DNA from: Gonapodya sp. JEL0774
Taxonomy: Eukaryota
NCBI GenBank assembly: GCA_027604505.1
Contig: JADIIX010000063.1
Coordinates: forward strand, 1 to 64,000
Direction: 5' to 3'
Length of the DNA: 64,000 bases
Notes under the pieces: generated by a model
What the model was told of the DNA's origin: nothing
Databases searched by the model: none
The model's input: only the letters and a program-made list of their open reading frames with translations
Shown here: positions 51,842 through 64,000 of the stretch, in pieces
Layout of the letters: each line of letters begins with the position of its first letter
How positions within the stretch are numbered: the first letter of the stretch is position 1
Position numbers and translations under genes: made by a program

Positions 51842-53762
51842 TTAATCAATATTCCAGTATCGCACTCTGTTGTCATCACTGTAACTTGCAAATGCCGCAA
51901 CTACAGGAGATGTTGCCACTCCCCGTACAGCAGCAGAGTGAGCTACGAACCCATAAAACGGACACCGTCAGCAATCATTTTTGGGTGTCTCCATGACCGC
52001 CCAACTGACAACGTACCTGATAGTTTCCTCAACACATTGCCTGTCCTCGCATCCCAACACAACAAGAAGTTATTTCTGTCGTCACCGCACAGAACGTGGT
52101 GTTCTCCGTTGGAAAAAGATGCGGAAATGGGACCAGAAGTCATACCGGCGCCCTCATAACTTTGAGCAGCGGTTCCTACGAAGGTCAGTGTAACAATCAA
52201 ATTGCATGAAAAGGAAGCACATGGTCGTCACTAACCACTTTTCATATCCCAGCACTTAACGGTAGAGTCCGCGCCCGTTGACAGCAGGTACCGTCCATTC
52301 TTCGAAAATCTGATGGACCACACCGGTCGTCCCTTGTGCGCTGCTTCGAGGGCGTTTAACACACGACCGCTGACCTTTAAGTCAGAAACGCAGGTAGAGC
52401 ATGGGACGTTGAGGAAATGAGCAAATGGGTTCCAGTGAGGGACGGAGCGTCGGTAACCTTACAGTGTCATAAATTTTGATTGTCCCGTCGTCTGAAGCAG
52501 AGGCAAAAATCGTACCAGTAGGCGCAAAGCGGACCTGATATTGTGAGTGTGGAGTCAATGGACACTGTCAGTAATATGCCACTCCTGGTACAATGCCTGA
52601 CAAACCCACTCTCTCAAAGCCATCCACTACGAGCAGACTCGTGTTGCTTACTCACCGAGTTCACTCTCTTCCGGTGTGCGTCACTCTGTTGTTGTGGTGT
52701 GAAACAACCTAGCGTGCGGTAATCATACACTCGTACTTGACCCTGGTCGGTGCCCGTGAGGAGGAAGTCTCCACTGGGATGGAAGGAGAGGGATCTGATA
52801 GGTTGCGAGTCCTAAAATGAACGTTACAGGCGTGGAAGGTTGGCGTCCAGCGGACGCGACAAATCCGAACGAATCGATCAGAAACTGGGCAACACCTACC
52901 GCAACCCACTTGGTCGCCTTCTTCGCAGTCTTCCCCACTTCGAAAAACCTCACCGCCCTATCCTCACCTGCACTCGCCAGGACAGCACCACTGGGATGCC
53001 ATGCCACTTCGTTCACAGGCCCTTGGTGGTCCGAGTAGGTCTTCACCACGGCTAAGTCCGAAGGGGTTGCGGCATCGTCGGAGCGGGTTTGGGAGGCCAT
53101 TTTAGAGGTGGAAAAAATGCGAATGGTAGTATCGCGGGAGCTGGTGGCGAGGTGGGTGCCTGTTGTGGGTCCATACCGAGTTTGGAATACATGACGATGG
53201 GAACTGAGCTTACAGGACCACAGGCGGTATCTAAGGCAGCGTTAATGACTGCACTAACTCACCATCTGCTGAAAATGCGGCCGATAATACTGATGCCTTG
53301 TGCATGGAGACGTAGCGCACTGAGTAGTTTGGTACCGGGTGGGATACTGCTCGAATGAGGGTCACACCCACAATGCAGGGATGCGGATTCATTCGTTTTC
53401 AGCGAGCAGGTCGTCCAAGCAGAGATTCGTTGTTTTTAGCTGGTTTCGGGCGTGCCCTGTGAGCCCCATATGGTTATGACGTTCCTCTCACCATTCTTCT
53501 CATCCTCGTCAAAAGATAATCCCTCCTCCCCTCCTTCTTCTCCGTCTCCCTCTAATCCTTCTGCGTCTTCCCTTTCTGCTGCCCCACCGTACTTTCCCGC
53601 GTGCGCCAACTCTGCCAATTTGGCTGATGCCCCAGTTTGATTCAAGGGGATCCTAGTGTCGATTCCCAACCGCCGAGCGTGTTCATGGAGGCCGTAATGG
53701 TGGAGTTGGCTGATAATGAGGGGCAGGAGCTCTTCACGATCCATCAGGGGCAGGTCGGACAT
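51842..53762 (-). CDS. CSTF1: Cleavage stimulation factor 50 kDa subunit (WD40)
   Basis: DREELLPLIISQLHHYGL dimerisation domain, YSVRYVSMHKASVLSAAFSADG, KTYSDHQGPVNEVAWHP, FASASSDGTIKIYD, FSKNGRYLLSTGADSTVKCW, SDDNRVRYW. Confidence 0.87.
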
Positions 53763-54176
53763 TTTAGTGATTTAAATTTTTGGTGGAAGGTTCTCACCGG
53801 CCACCCGACAACGTGCATCCCAAGCTCCAAAGAACTACGCCCACTCCCTTTCGTGCAATTAATTGCAACGGCGGGGCGTAGAACTCATGAATAGTGAGCC
53901 AGTTGGAAACACAGCTAGGGGCAGTCGGAAGAAGGTGTGTAGATGCGATCACTCCAATATAATAACAAAATACACAGAAAAGAGTATGTCAAGCTCGCAT
54001 TAATCTCCTATTCCCCTGGGCCCAACCACGCGCCCTTACGATACACCGAAACAGTGGTAGAATCCTGGTGACAAAGAAAAAGAAGAGAGATCGAGTGGTG
54101 AACATAGAGGAAGTGCACCGTATTCAAAGGAGTCAGTACTCACGCCTCTCGAGCGTTGGGCAATCCGGTAAGCTCT

Positions 54177-54431
54177 TCACTCGGGCTTAGGTACAGGAGC
54201 AGGGGATTGGCGAGTCTTGTGCTTGGGGCTGATGCGAAGAGCATCTGGGGGCTAAGGAGGATGTGCAGAAGGGTGTGAGAGGTCGGGAATCGTTTCCAGC
54301 AGCAAGAAGTTTAAACTGTGTCTACTCACGGTTGTGTATCCCAGCATTCCGTGCCAGTACGTACTCCCGACAAATGTGGCAATAAGGGTACCGGCGACGA
54401 GAGTGTAAGGAAGAGGAAGTGCGCCAGGCAT
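54177..54431 (-). CDS. Putative 58-aa single-pass microprotein (possibly NDUFA4/B12D-like)
   Basis: ATG at 54431 and a GTGAGT donor. The TTAG acceptor gives MPGALPLPYTLVAGTLIATFVGSTYWHGMLGYTTPPDALRISPKHKTRQSPAPVPKPE*. An alternative acceptor gives about 91 aa. Confidence 0.5.
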
Positions 54432-55802
54432 TGAATTAAAGCGTCACGGTCACGGCAATTAGGCGGAAGCGGGCGAGAGGCAGGTTAGAGAGATATCTGG
54501 ATGTAAATCGCTAAGAAATTCAGAGTTAAATATTCCAACCTTGACTAACAGAGTGCGTGAGTCACTCGGTTAGGTAAGAGCATGAGTCAGTGAGGGGCAA
54601 TCCCAAAGGGCGATCCCACTGGCTTTTGTATACACAAATCACACAACTTGCGAAATTAGAGAGTAATTAAAGATTTGTATATTTGATTCTTGCACGCATA
54701 CCCGTGATCGGCGGTACTCAGGTGGGTGTCTCCCAACCTTGTTGCTTCAAACGTCCCCACGCAGTCCCATAATTCACCTGATCCCAAAAACGTCAATCAC
54801 ACTCGGCCCTCCTCGTTGATATTATGACTCAGGTGAACTGACCGACACGCAATGGGCGTGCAGTTGCAATTGCGTATTAATATGACACAGAACAATTGCG
54901 CTATGACCGATTCCTCTTCGCAGTGAAATTGCTCTTGACTTATTCAAGGTCAACGTCCATACTACAGTAAAAGTAAGGCAGAACCGTGTTTACAGTTCAG
55001 AACTGTGTTTACAGTTGTAGTTATCGCAATGCTTTGTTTGAGAGGGAGAGAGATAGAGAGAGCTGCATAAGGAGAGAATTGAGCCACATGTGTGAGATGG
55101 CATTTGATGCAGCTGACTTGCTCTCGTAACCTTGATGAGAAACCAGCCCTAAATATTTTTGAACAGCAGGTACTCAGGGGGTTTGGGGAAGTGGGAAGTG
55201 GGAGAAGGTGGTGTAGAAAGATTGTTGTATACCCTTGACATCTCGCGCACCGGGTTGGCCACAGACTATTATAAATACCCACATGTATACTAGAGAAACG
55301 AACAATATACATACGAACACTCGAGACTACGTCCGGACCCACGGAACCGTCACGGTTACACTACAAGTTTGAGGGGTATGAGCCTTCACTTGCTTCCACC
55401 CTTCCTTCCTGTCTTCTGCAAAGTGAGCATTGCCCTTTGAAGGGTCCTATTATACGTGACTTCTCAATAGCGCCTGCTGGCTGGATTGTCTAGGAGTTTG
55501 TCCCGGACTAGCAAACGTGACTACGAGTGCATGTTTCTCTTGCAAGTAGCAGGAGAGCATGCACACGGATGAATGCACATCAACATTTTTCATTGGTGGG
55601 ACTTCACCTTCGCTACTATGTATTACAGAAGACGGAGGTTTGGAGAGAGACCGATCTGTACGAAAGCTCCGCCTCTCTGCTGCCAGTGTGGTCGTACTCG
55701 CCACAGCCTCCTCGCAAAACCCGTGGCCACCCTCAGCATCCGATTGCACGATTTCAACTAGCACCACCAGACTCGCCGCGATCGATATCGCCAAGAACCA
55801 TA

Positions 55803-57220
55803 ATGGTTACTTCAACCCGTCGCTACGTGCAAACACGAGCCCACCCGGTCAAGCCAGGAGTCCTTTCGGCGGAACCACTCAAAGTGTTTACGGTTAAAAT
55901 CGCGTTTACTGAGTGAGCTCCAGAATCTGCCACAATCCTTTTGCAAGGACATACTTTTATGTGAAATCAAACGCAATCAGCAAGGTGCTCCACCGTCAAG
56001 GTACCTACAATGTTCGCTGTTCTTCCAAGACAACGGGGGACTTTCTTTTGAACGCTCTTGCAAAAAATGTTGAAATTCCAGCTGGTGAGCTACAGGGTCG
56101 GTTTTATTATGGCTCTCTCCGTGGTTGAAGCTCTCTGTCGACAGACGAATTGAAACTCTCCGTTCAGTCTTCTAACCTTGAGCTTGACAAGGCAGAGCTA
56201 CTTTCGGTGAGCAAAGCTCGGTCGCGTTAGCCAGCTCCACTGAGCCGGAGCGTGATGCGTGCCGAAATACTCCTACTCATAGCCTGAGAACCCCGACCTT
56301 GAAGTCCTGCGTTCGCGTACTGTCACACCGCCAGCGTCACAAAGCAACCTGCATGGGAGCCAGAGTGCTGTGTATGATGCAAGAAGGCACGACCCACATG
56401 CCGGCTCGCTACTTATATACGTCAGAACTCTCACCGGCGCTGTGATCAAAATCAAGGCGGACCCTCACACAACAATTGAGGACTTCAAGCGTAAAGTCCA
56501 ACAGGTCGAAAGAATACCCCCGGACCAGCAGCGTCTTATTCACGCCGGAAGGCAGTTGGAAGACTCGACAAGTATTGCGGATAATAAAATTGTCAATGAG
56601 AGTTCAATTCACTTAGTGTTGCGGTTGAGGGGCGGGATGGTGAGTCATGCCTCCACGTTTCCTGCTCTTGCGCTCACCCGCGAATTGGCCCGTACCCTTC
56701 CTTGCTAATTGTATGACTTGAACAGTACATGCCGTCCTCGGGCAGAACTGAATTCGACGCTCTGCCCCTCAACCCACAATCCACAGCTCCCCACGTCGGA
56801 GTTAAGTGTGACAATTGCGGTGCGGTGGATTTCGTTGGAGCCAGATTTAAGTGGTGAGTTTTGAATCACTTGGGGTGGATTGAGGGAATCTTTCACTTGG
56901 TGCTCTGTTCATTGCATCTATTCATATCATCTGGTGCCCTCAATTTTACAATCACCAAAAAGCCACGACTGCCCAGACTATGATTTGGTTTGTTAATCGC
57001 ATCATCGTGTTCACCAATTGATCGCTTCACTGACTCTGAAACTGTATTTTCTGACTCTCTCTTCCGTTCCAAGTGTTCATCCTGCGAAGAGCACTCGCCT
57101 ACTATCCATCCTATAGATCATACTCTTATCAAAATTGGGCAAGCAGGTACCTTGCCCAGCATTTTCCGTGGTCGAAATTATAGATCGACGTGGGAGGAGG
57201 AGGATCCCGGAAGTGCATGA
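55803..57220 (+). CDS. Ubiquitin-like domain plus ZZ-type zinc finger protein
   Basis: [43 protein letters not shown], then [40 protein letters not shown]. Confidence 0.85.
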
Positions 57221-57846
57221 TGGTTGGGTGGGAGCCTGGTTGAAGAGCACGATTCATCCAGGCTTCAGCAGATTTGGGTGGATATTTTGAACATGTTTCT
57301 AGTTCTGTTTTACGTTTGAAATATTCAGAATGCCCGGAGTGGTTGGACAAATAGTATGATAAAATATTGTTTGATGCACAGTGTTCTGCTTTACAAGGGT
57401 TGGTTCATATTACATACAAGTGTTCAATCTTACATGGATCGAAACCTTCCACTGGTTTGGTCCGTGGTTGTTCTCAAGTTAGTTCTGTTGCTGAAAGGTG
57501 AGTGGAGGGCGCTTCCCGTTATACTTGTGGTGTTACTGGCCATGAACCACACGACCACAAAAACAAATGCAATGGAGAAGAACAATCCCCTCACAGCCAT
57601 CCCGATCGCCCGATTTGTTGCCGGATTTGATCCACTGGCAATTCTTGCCACGGTGTCTTTCCCAATCGACAACTACGACGTCTTGATTCGGAGGAACAAG
57701 AAAGCGCGTCTTGTGAGTGAGCCTACACCAAAGAGACACCCGCAATTTTGATTCTTCGTTCGGTCCTCCTTCTCTGCGATCGGCGAAGTGGGCTGATTTG
57801 CTGCAACTGTCTTTCATCTTCGACTTGTCACATGATTCATGCGTAG

Positions 57847-60101
57847 GCGGCACTCAGGAAACAGGATCTCACTCCCTTCTTGACCCTACCGGCACCACCA
57901 AACGGGAGCCCACAAGCAGCTGATGTCGCGAGTGGAGCTGTTGGGGACTTGGCGAATGTCAGACCTCCAGAGCCGCTTCTCCCCAATCCGTCAAATGAAC
58001 CACCACAGCCCCATTCTGGAACCATGAGAACGGGTGTGGTGCCGCCCCCCTCCGCAGATCAATCCAAAGAATCCATTGAAAGCGGAGTTAAATGGACCAC
58101 CACGCTTTCAAAGATATACGAACAAGGACCGGACTCAGTTATGAAGGACCAAGGTTCACAACGTCTCCCTCAAACATCCACCCCAACCCGGCCCCTCCCG
58201 CCCCCTCTCTCCGACGATCCCGCCACGTCAACCCGCCTCTCTCGCCACGCTGCCGCACTGCTCATCCAATCCGTCGCACGGGGTTGGATGGTGCGCGTTC
58301 GTTACTCGCACATTCGAAACCCCGACCTTTCGAATGAACGGTGGTCTGCCTTGTCTTCGGAGTGGAAGACAACCACACAGACGGACACGCATACGCCAAT
58401 TCAAAGTACTCGACGACTGCTGGGCTTACCAGACGTGTCCGAATCAGCCCTCGCTGCACAGGAATCACTGATAGAGCGATACGCGCTCCACTGCGCTAGA
58501 AGCGAGCAGAACCATTATCGAGCCCATGAAGCCCGATGGCGTGTCGCACATGCGGACTATATTGCCAAGCTCGAGAAGTTCCAGCAACACCACGGCCGGG
58601 ACGCTGGTGTGGGGCCGGCCCATACCGTGAAACGACAAACGTCGTTCGCCCCTCCTGTTGCCCCGTTAACGCGTGCACCGACTTTTATTCCGCCCACGTT
58701 CCCCGATTACTGCGCAACTGTAATCCAGGCGAGGTGGAAGATGTGGGCAGTGAGAAGGAAATATGTGTTTGCAAGAACAAAGCAGGGGTTGGAGTTGAAG
58801 AAGATTCTCAAAGAAATGCGAGAACAAGAGGGGAAACGGCACGAGCGGGGTGCGCTGGAGGGTAATAGAGAAGAAGCCGCGAGGAGAATACAAGGAGCTT
58901 GGAGGTCATATTACGTGAGGCAACTTATCCTGCTGATCAGTCACACTTCACTCATGCAAAACCTCTCCCAGTTCAAACGAATCTACCGCTTTTACCGCAA
59001 TGTGATCAACCTTCACGCCCACACCCCTCCCGGCCACCTCATTCGCATCCTTAACCCACGTGAACGACAACTTCTCCTCGACCCCGCTACACCCATTCAC
59101 ATTCGGTTCCGGCTCGGTGGGGACACCTTTCCGCCAAAAGTGTATTACAAGGTTTTTGTGGAAGGCGGTGTGTGTGATTTGGGAGGGTTTGCACCCAGGG
59201 ATTACGCCAAAGATCCCGCGGTGAAACAAGTGCTGCCTGGGACACTGTTCAACAAAACACAGCAAAAGGGAAAGCCAGGGGTCATAGGTTCCGCAGGTGA
59301 ATCCTCCGGTTCCAGGCCGGGACTGGGATCCGGATCTGCCCCGGCTGGCTGGTACCTCCGCACGACAAACAATGGCTACCGCCCAGTCCCCACCCGTCTC
59401 CTTACCGAGGATCCGCGAGATCCCATCGTAGAAGCTACCAGCAATGCAGCAAAAGTATCGTATCACCATGTGAGGATAGTGAGGAGACAGGAAGTGGAGA
59501 GGAAGAAAAGGGAGAAGAGAGTTGAGTGGTGGAGGAGGGTCTACGGGGTCGTTGTGGGGGATATGGGCATTGGGGCCAGAGACAGAGATAGGGACAATTC
59601 GATGGGGAACAAGTCGGGGAAAAGGCACAAGGCGAAAGCAGTGGGGGATGTGGTGAACGACGCGATCCCGCCGGATCTGCCGGAAGATTTGGTGCACTGG
59701 ACGCGTGGCCTCGACTATGAGTGAGTCTATTTCTTCAAGATGTTGAAAATGATCGTGCATCCCAGTTATTCCATACCTTACGCAGTGATTATACCAAGCG
59801 ATGGTATAACGTGGGCATCGCTGGTTCCACAAGACGATATCCCTTCCCTCCACCGCGCGTCGCCTCCGATATCAACATCCATCAAATTCAGCAAGACAAC
59901 TGGGTGTCCAACAACAACATGTTGGAAGCTCAATTACCACCACTACCTGGACTCGGTGAATCACCGATGTCAGCGGGGAGGACAATGCGAGATCTTCAAC
60001 GCGTTATTGGGCCGTGGGACGGGGAGAAAAGGAATGGGGAGGATTTGGATGCGTTAATTAGCAGAGAGTCTCAGGTGGCATATTTTGGTGGGATGTACTG
60101 A
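57847..60101 (+). CDS. IQ-motif protein with a C11orf65/MFI-like domain
   Basis: IQ motifs AALLIQSVARGW, ATVIQARWKMW and AARRIQGAWRSY; LIRILNPRE..DPATPIHIRFRLGGDTFPPKVYYKVF..FAPRDY; GWYLR..NGYRPV; LVHWTRGLDY. First exon uncertain. Confidence 0.82.
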
Positions 60102-60645
60102 ACGAGCTTTGACTACTATATGCGGTGCATGAATTTAGCACTTCGATCGTGCAGAATTGATTCCAGTGCGGTTGTGATTGTTTGGGGCCTCCATCGTGCT
60201 CGTGTTTCTATCGTGTCTATTTTTCGACACCGAGATCGCAGATTCACTCAGTAGTCACTGTGGGCTAGCGGCAAGAGATAGAAACTTCGAGTTTCAGTGA
60301 TTGCGATGTATTTGCACACCAAGTTGCAGATTCTGCACTATTGAGTTGGACACCACGCCTACTACTGATCCACATCATGGTAGCTGAGGTGAGTCTACCG
60401 CTTTTCCAAATATATACGTACGGTTTGCGTCAAGATCGGTAATCACCGCAACATGAGACAAACTGTGCGTATTTGTGATTCATGATAGGTACTCCAATTC
60501 ACCGACACAGATGTCAGTGAGCTGCAATCAGGACTCAGGTCGCGCTTGCAGCAGATGTTGTGTATGAAAACTTTGTGTCGTGAAAAAAATGCCCCACACG
60601 TCTTGGTTTGTAACCGCAAGAGCATCCGGCAAGAGAATGGGGCAT

Positions 60646-62641
60646 CTAAGAGACCAACGGACCTTCGCCATCGCCATTCAGTCTTTGCTCATGCTTTTTC
60701 CGATGCCGATCGTCTCCACCTTTGCTTCCGACTCTCTCACTCGCTGTCTTGGCAAGTTTCTCGCCGACTACAAACCCCACGTGCGTATCATACCACAATC
60801 CCCGTGCTCTCTCCAGTAGAGTTATCAATTCTTTTCGCGCCTTGGCTACTTTGGCCTCCCTCTCACGTTGCATCTTCCTATCGTTCGGCTTGGTATCGGC
60901 CTGCTCACATCTGGTCGCTGTGTTCGCCCCCCCATCGTGATCGCCAGTCCCCTTCCAAGTTTTCTCCAGCTCTGATGCTGCATGTACCATTTTATCCAGC
61001 AATATCTCCGCCTTTCTGTGTCGTGTCTCCAGCTCTTTGTCCGGGAATGTGAAACTGCAGTGCTGGCACGTGTTGAGGACAGGATGAACAGGGCCTGTGC
61101 ATTGAGTGTCGCTTCGAAGGGTAGATTGAAAGGTTTTTGGGGTGGGCGGGTGATAAAGGCCCTGCGACGACAGGAGCGAGTCACAACAGATCAGATCGTC
61201 TTTCAAGCGTTCCCCGCAGATCAAAAGCAAATCGAAAAACTCACTTCTCCAATCATCGTAGCACACGCCTTGCATTCGCACTCAAATCCATACACGAGCT
61301 CCAACTTTCGTCGCCGCTCAATGGTAGGAGTCACCGAGGCTAAATCGATATCAGGACAGGTGTTCATCCCTTGATCCTGTTCTCTGCTGACCCCAATGTC
61401 AATGTCCACGTTGCTGTTGTTTTTTTCGGGGACTGCCCCCACCGACGTAGCATCCAGTTCTGACCCCCTCCTCGTCACTTCCCTCCACACTCTCCCGCCG
61501 CTCTCATCAAGATAGGATATTGATACCTCGTCCCCTGCAAAAAGGTCGATGGCCGAGATGAGGTGGTAAAAGTAAGGTGTGTTTGACATCAGGTTGCAAA
61601 TGGTGGTGTTGCCCCTTAAGTCGGCTCCGGTCGCACTCACGGCGGAAGCCCTATCCGCCTTGCTCCCGCTGCACGTCATGGCATCGCATGCAACAGCGAT
61701 ATTAGCGTTCGAAACACCCCCAACATTCAATTTCTGCCCATCGAGAATGGCTTCCGTCATCTGCTCCTTCCATTGCACAACCCTCGCACTGGCAACGCAC
61801 GCGTGATTAGCCATTGCCATATTGGGTAGTAGGCCGGTGGGAAATGAGTTGCATTCGGCCACGAGGTGGAGTCGAGGGAGTTCGGAAGGGTCTTGTATGC
61901 CCATGGATTAGAGTTCGAAACGCTGATGAGTCCAGTTTCTTCGCGGGCACCACCCCGCCTCACTCGCACAAAATGGGTTTGATAACTCCATGTCCCATTA
62001 TTTCCTGAGCTGCGGCCCTGCAATCATCCCATTCGGACCCATTCCGCTTATTCCAAGGTTTGAACGGTTCCAACGACACAGAATTAGTTATCCCCGGTGT
62101 AGCGAGAGCCACACCAGTGAGCGCGCTATCAATCTCAGTGTGGTGATTTCATTCAACATTAATCTTCACCCGAAAATGTCGGGGGTCGGGGACCTTCACG
62201 AGCAAGTACATCCTGTCACTCACCTAATCCATATTCCCGAGCCATTTCTCTCAGCTTCTCCCCTTCTACACCATTGACCAACTGTTCCCATCTCATTTTA
62301 GGCACATCCGATTCGCTTCTGGGCCACAATTGGGCCAACGCCGTAGTTACTTCCCGATGCCCATCCCCATTTCGATCATCCCCACCTCCATCCCTCACCG
62401 CGTCATCAGATCTAGCAGCGATCGCACATTTTACCGCCGCCACGACCGGATCGAGCGTCCCCCATTCCCAGGAAACCAGTGTTCGTTCTGCGATCAGAAG
62501 GGTATCTTTCGGTACGCTGTCCGCGACAGACAGGAATCGTCCACGCCCTAGCTCCGACTTTATGCGGAGAGAAGGATGGCAAAAGAGAAGGTTTCTTGGT
62601 AGTGGGAAGGCTGTCGGGGTCAATGAGTTGGTGGTGGACAT
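60646..62641 (-). CDS. SET-domain (SMYD-like) lysine methyltransferase
   Basis: LGRGRFL..VPKDTLLIAE, NSF..AMANHAC, DLFAGDEVSISYLD, RRRKLELVYGFECECKAC (post-SET). Confidence 0.82.
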
Positions 62642-62888
62642 TCTGCCTCTTGAGACCTAATTAGTGCCTGGGGGAAACAGGAACAGAGGCCTTGACGCGA
62701 CTACTATTGAGGGATTTTACAAGAAAGAAAACGAAGATCCCCTATCTGTGGATTCTCTCTTGATTCCCGGCGGGACCAGTCGACAAAGCGTCAGTAGCAC
62801 CATATTTTCTGTGTTTGCCTACGTTGCGTGAGCTGTTTCGAGTCCATTCGACTTCCGTCATAACTATTACATCGTGCCCATCAAGTCC

Positions 62889-64000
62889 TTACCACCAAGT
62901 CTCACAACATGTTTTCAATCTCTTCTCCGCTTCCCATATTTCTTCCCCAACACTCCCAGTCCCTCCCATTGTCTCTTCCTGGCGAGTTCCACGGGTGCCA
63001 TCACAGCCGGCCCCAGTACCACAGATCGAGCAATGAACTCAAGCAGGCGATTAGAGTACGAGGGAAAAGTGGAGCAGAAGTAAATGAGTGAGATAACGTG
63101 GAGGAGCAGCAGGCTAAGGGTTGTGGAGATTTGCGGGAGGCTGGCACAATGTTGTGTTCAATAGTATGAAATTTGGTGGGAGGAGGAGAAGTGGATGTTC
63201 AGGTTTGAGTCAAAGAGCGCCGGAAACCAACGGGCGGCGAACACGCTCACTCAGCGACCGCCGCTCTCGCAACATTCAACCACCACTCATCCGGATCCTC
63301 TGTCCAACACAACCCCAAAACCACCACCAAGTACACCAAATTGAACGCTCCGATAAATCTGTACACGTGCATTGCGCGAGGATGCAGCATGGTGGGCTCG
63401 TGTCTCACCAGGCCCACCAAAGGATCGATGATCTGAATAATATGCGGTGCGAGGAGGCCGAGTTGCAGCGCAGCAAGGAGAGCAAGAAAAGACAAGCGGT
63501 CGTTGGGGTTTATGGGTTCCGGGACGAAAGGGAGGGCGAAAATAGAGAGGAGAGATATAAAGAGAGGCATGTGGATGGCGGGGGGAACATGCCTGTCCTT
63601 GACGCCTGTGTGCAGCAAAAACGGTACAAGTGGTCGCATTAGAGAATATCAAATAGAATGAGCGTGTGAGCAGTGGGCTTGTGGTGATCTCCCACCAGCA
63701 TAGCATGATCCCTCTATTGCCCGGACAACTCAACCCTAACCACCCACCTGTTTCCCCCACCCTCCCCAAAAACAACGCGGCTCCTGCCGCCACACTCCCG
63801 AAAATCGCCGCATACACCACCGATATTTTCTCCACATCGGACATCTGCTCCGCTTCCAGATCCTCCCTTGCCAACTCCGTGGCCTGGGTCTCGGACGATT
63901 GGCGGAGTTCTGCGATCTGTCTCTTCTTTATGGACTTTTTGGACGAAGGGTTGGCCACCACCATGTTAACGGCGAGGACCTTATTGGTCTCTTCCACTTC
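62889..64000 (-). CDS. Multi-pass membrane protein of unknown family, 5' end probably beyond the window
   Basis: Open spliced exons with several hydrophobic segments (SVVYAAIFGSVAAGAALFL; LFISLLSIFALPF; FIGAFNLVYLVVVLGL). Confidence 0.55.

Noticed and set aside
54440..55500. Long intergenic region as a possible ncRNA locus
   Set aside because: No recognisable snRNA, snoRNA, tRNA or rRNA signature by eye. An Rfam/Infernal scan would be needed.
58948..59853. 301-aa antisense ORF and similar long shadow ORFs (5464-6048, 40292-40879, 63121-63642)
   Set aside because: They lie opposite well-supported genes in GC-rich sequence and show no recognisable motifs.

Overview
Gene-dense, intron-rich eukaryotic DNA with GT-AG introns, many micro-exons and two short N gaps. 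Fungal hallmarks (Mdm10, Nth1-type neutral trehalase, APC permease) occur together with flagellar or animal-shared genes (EFHC1/Rib72, a CatSper-like channel, C11orf65/MFI-like, RTEL1, CstF-50, MESH1, CHID1, NPEPL1). This combination points to an early-diverging zoosporic (chytrid-type) fungus, which is an inference. About 27 spliced genes were assembled by eye, so exon boundaries are approximate. Most notable are: (1) a complete free-standing type I PKS ketosynthase with an intact Cys-His-His triad, in which the AT region is absent and the KS joins almost directly to a post-AT-linker-like motif, with no ACP; (2) a heme-oxygenase-like diiron oxidase with a second degenerate domain; (3) a CatSper3-like channel subunit; (4) a mitochondrial HMG-box protein with a histone-H1-like tail; (5) an internal ubiquitin(LRLRGG)-ZZ finger fusion; and (6) two genes nearly invisible in the ORF track (a UspA gene and a 58-aa microprotein). 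No rRNA, tRNA, CRISPR array or intact mobile element was recognised.
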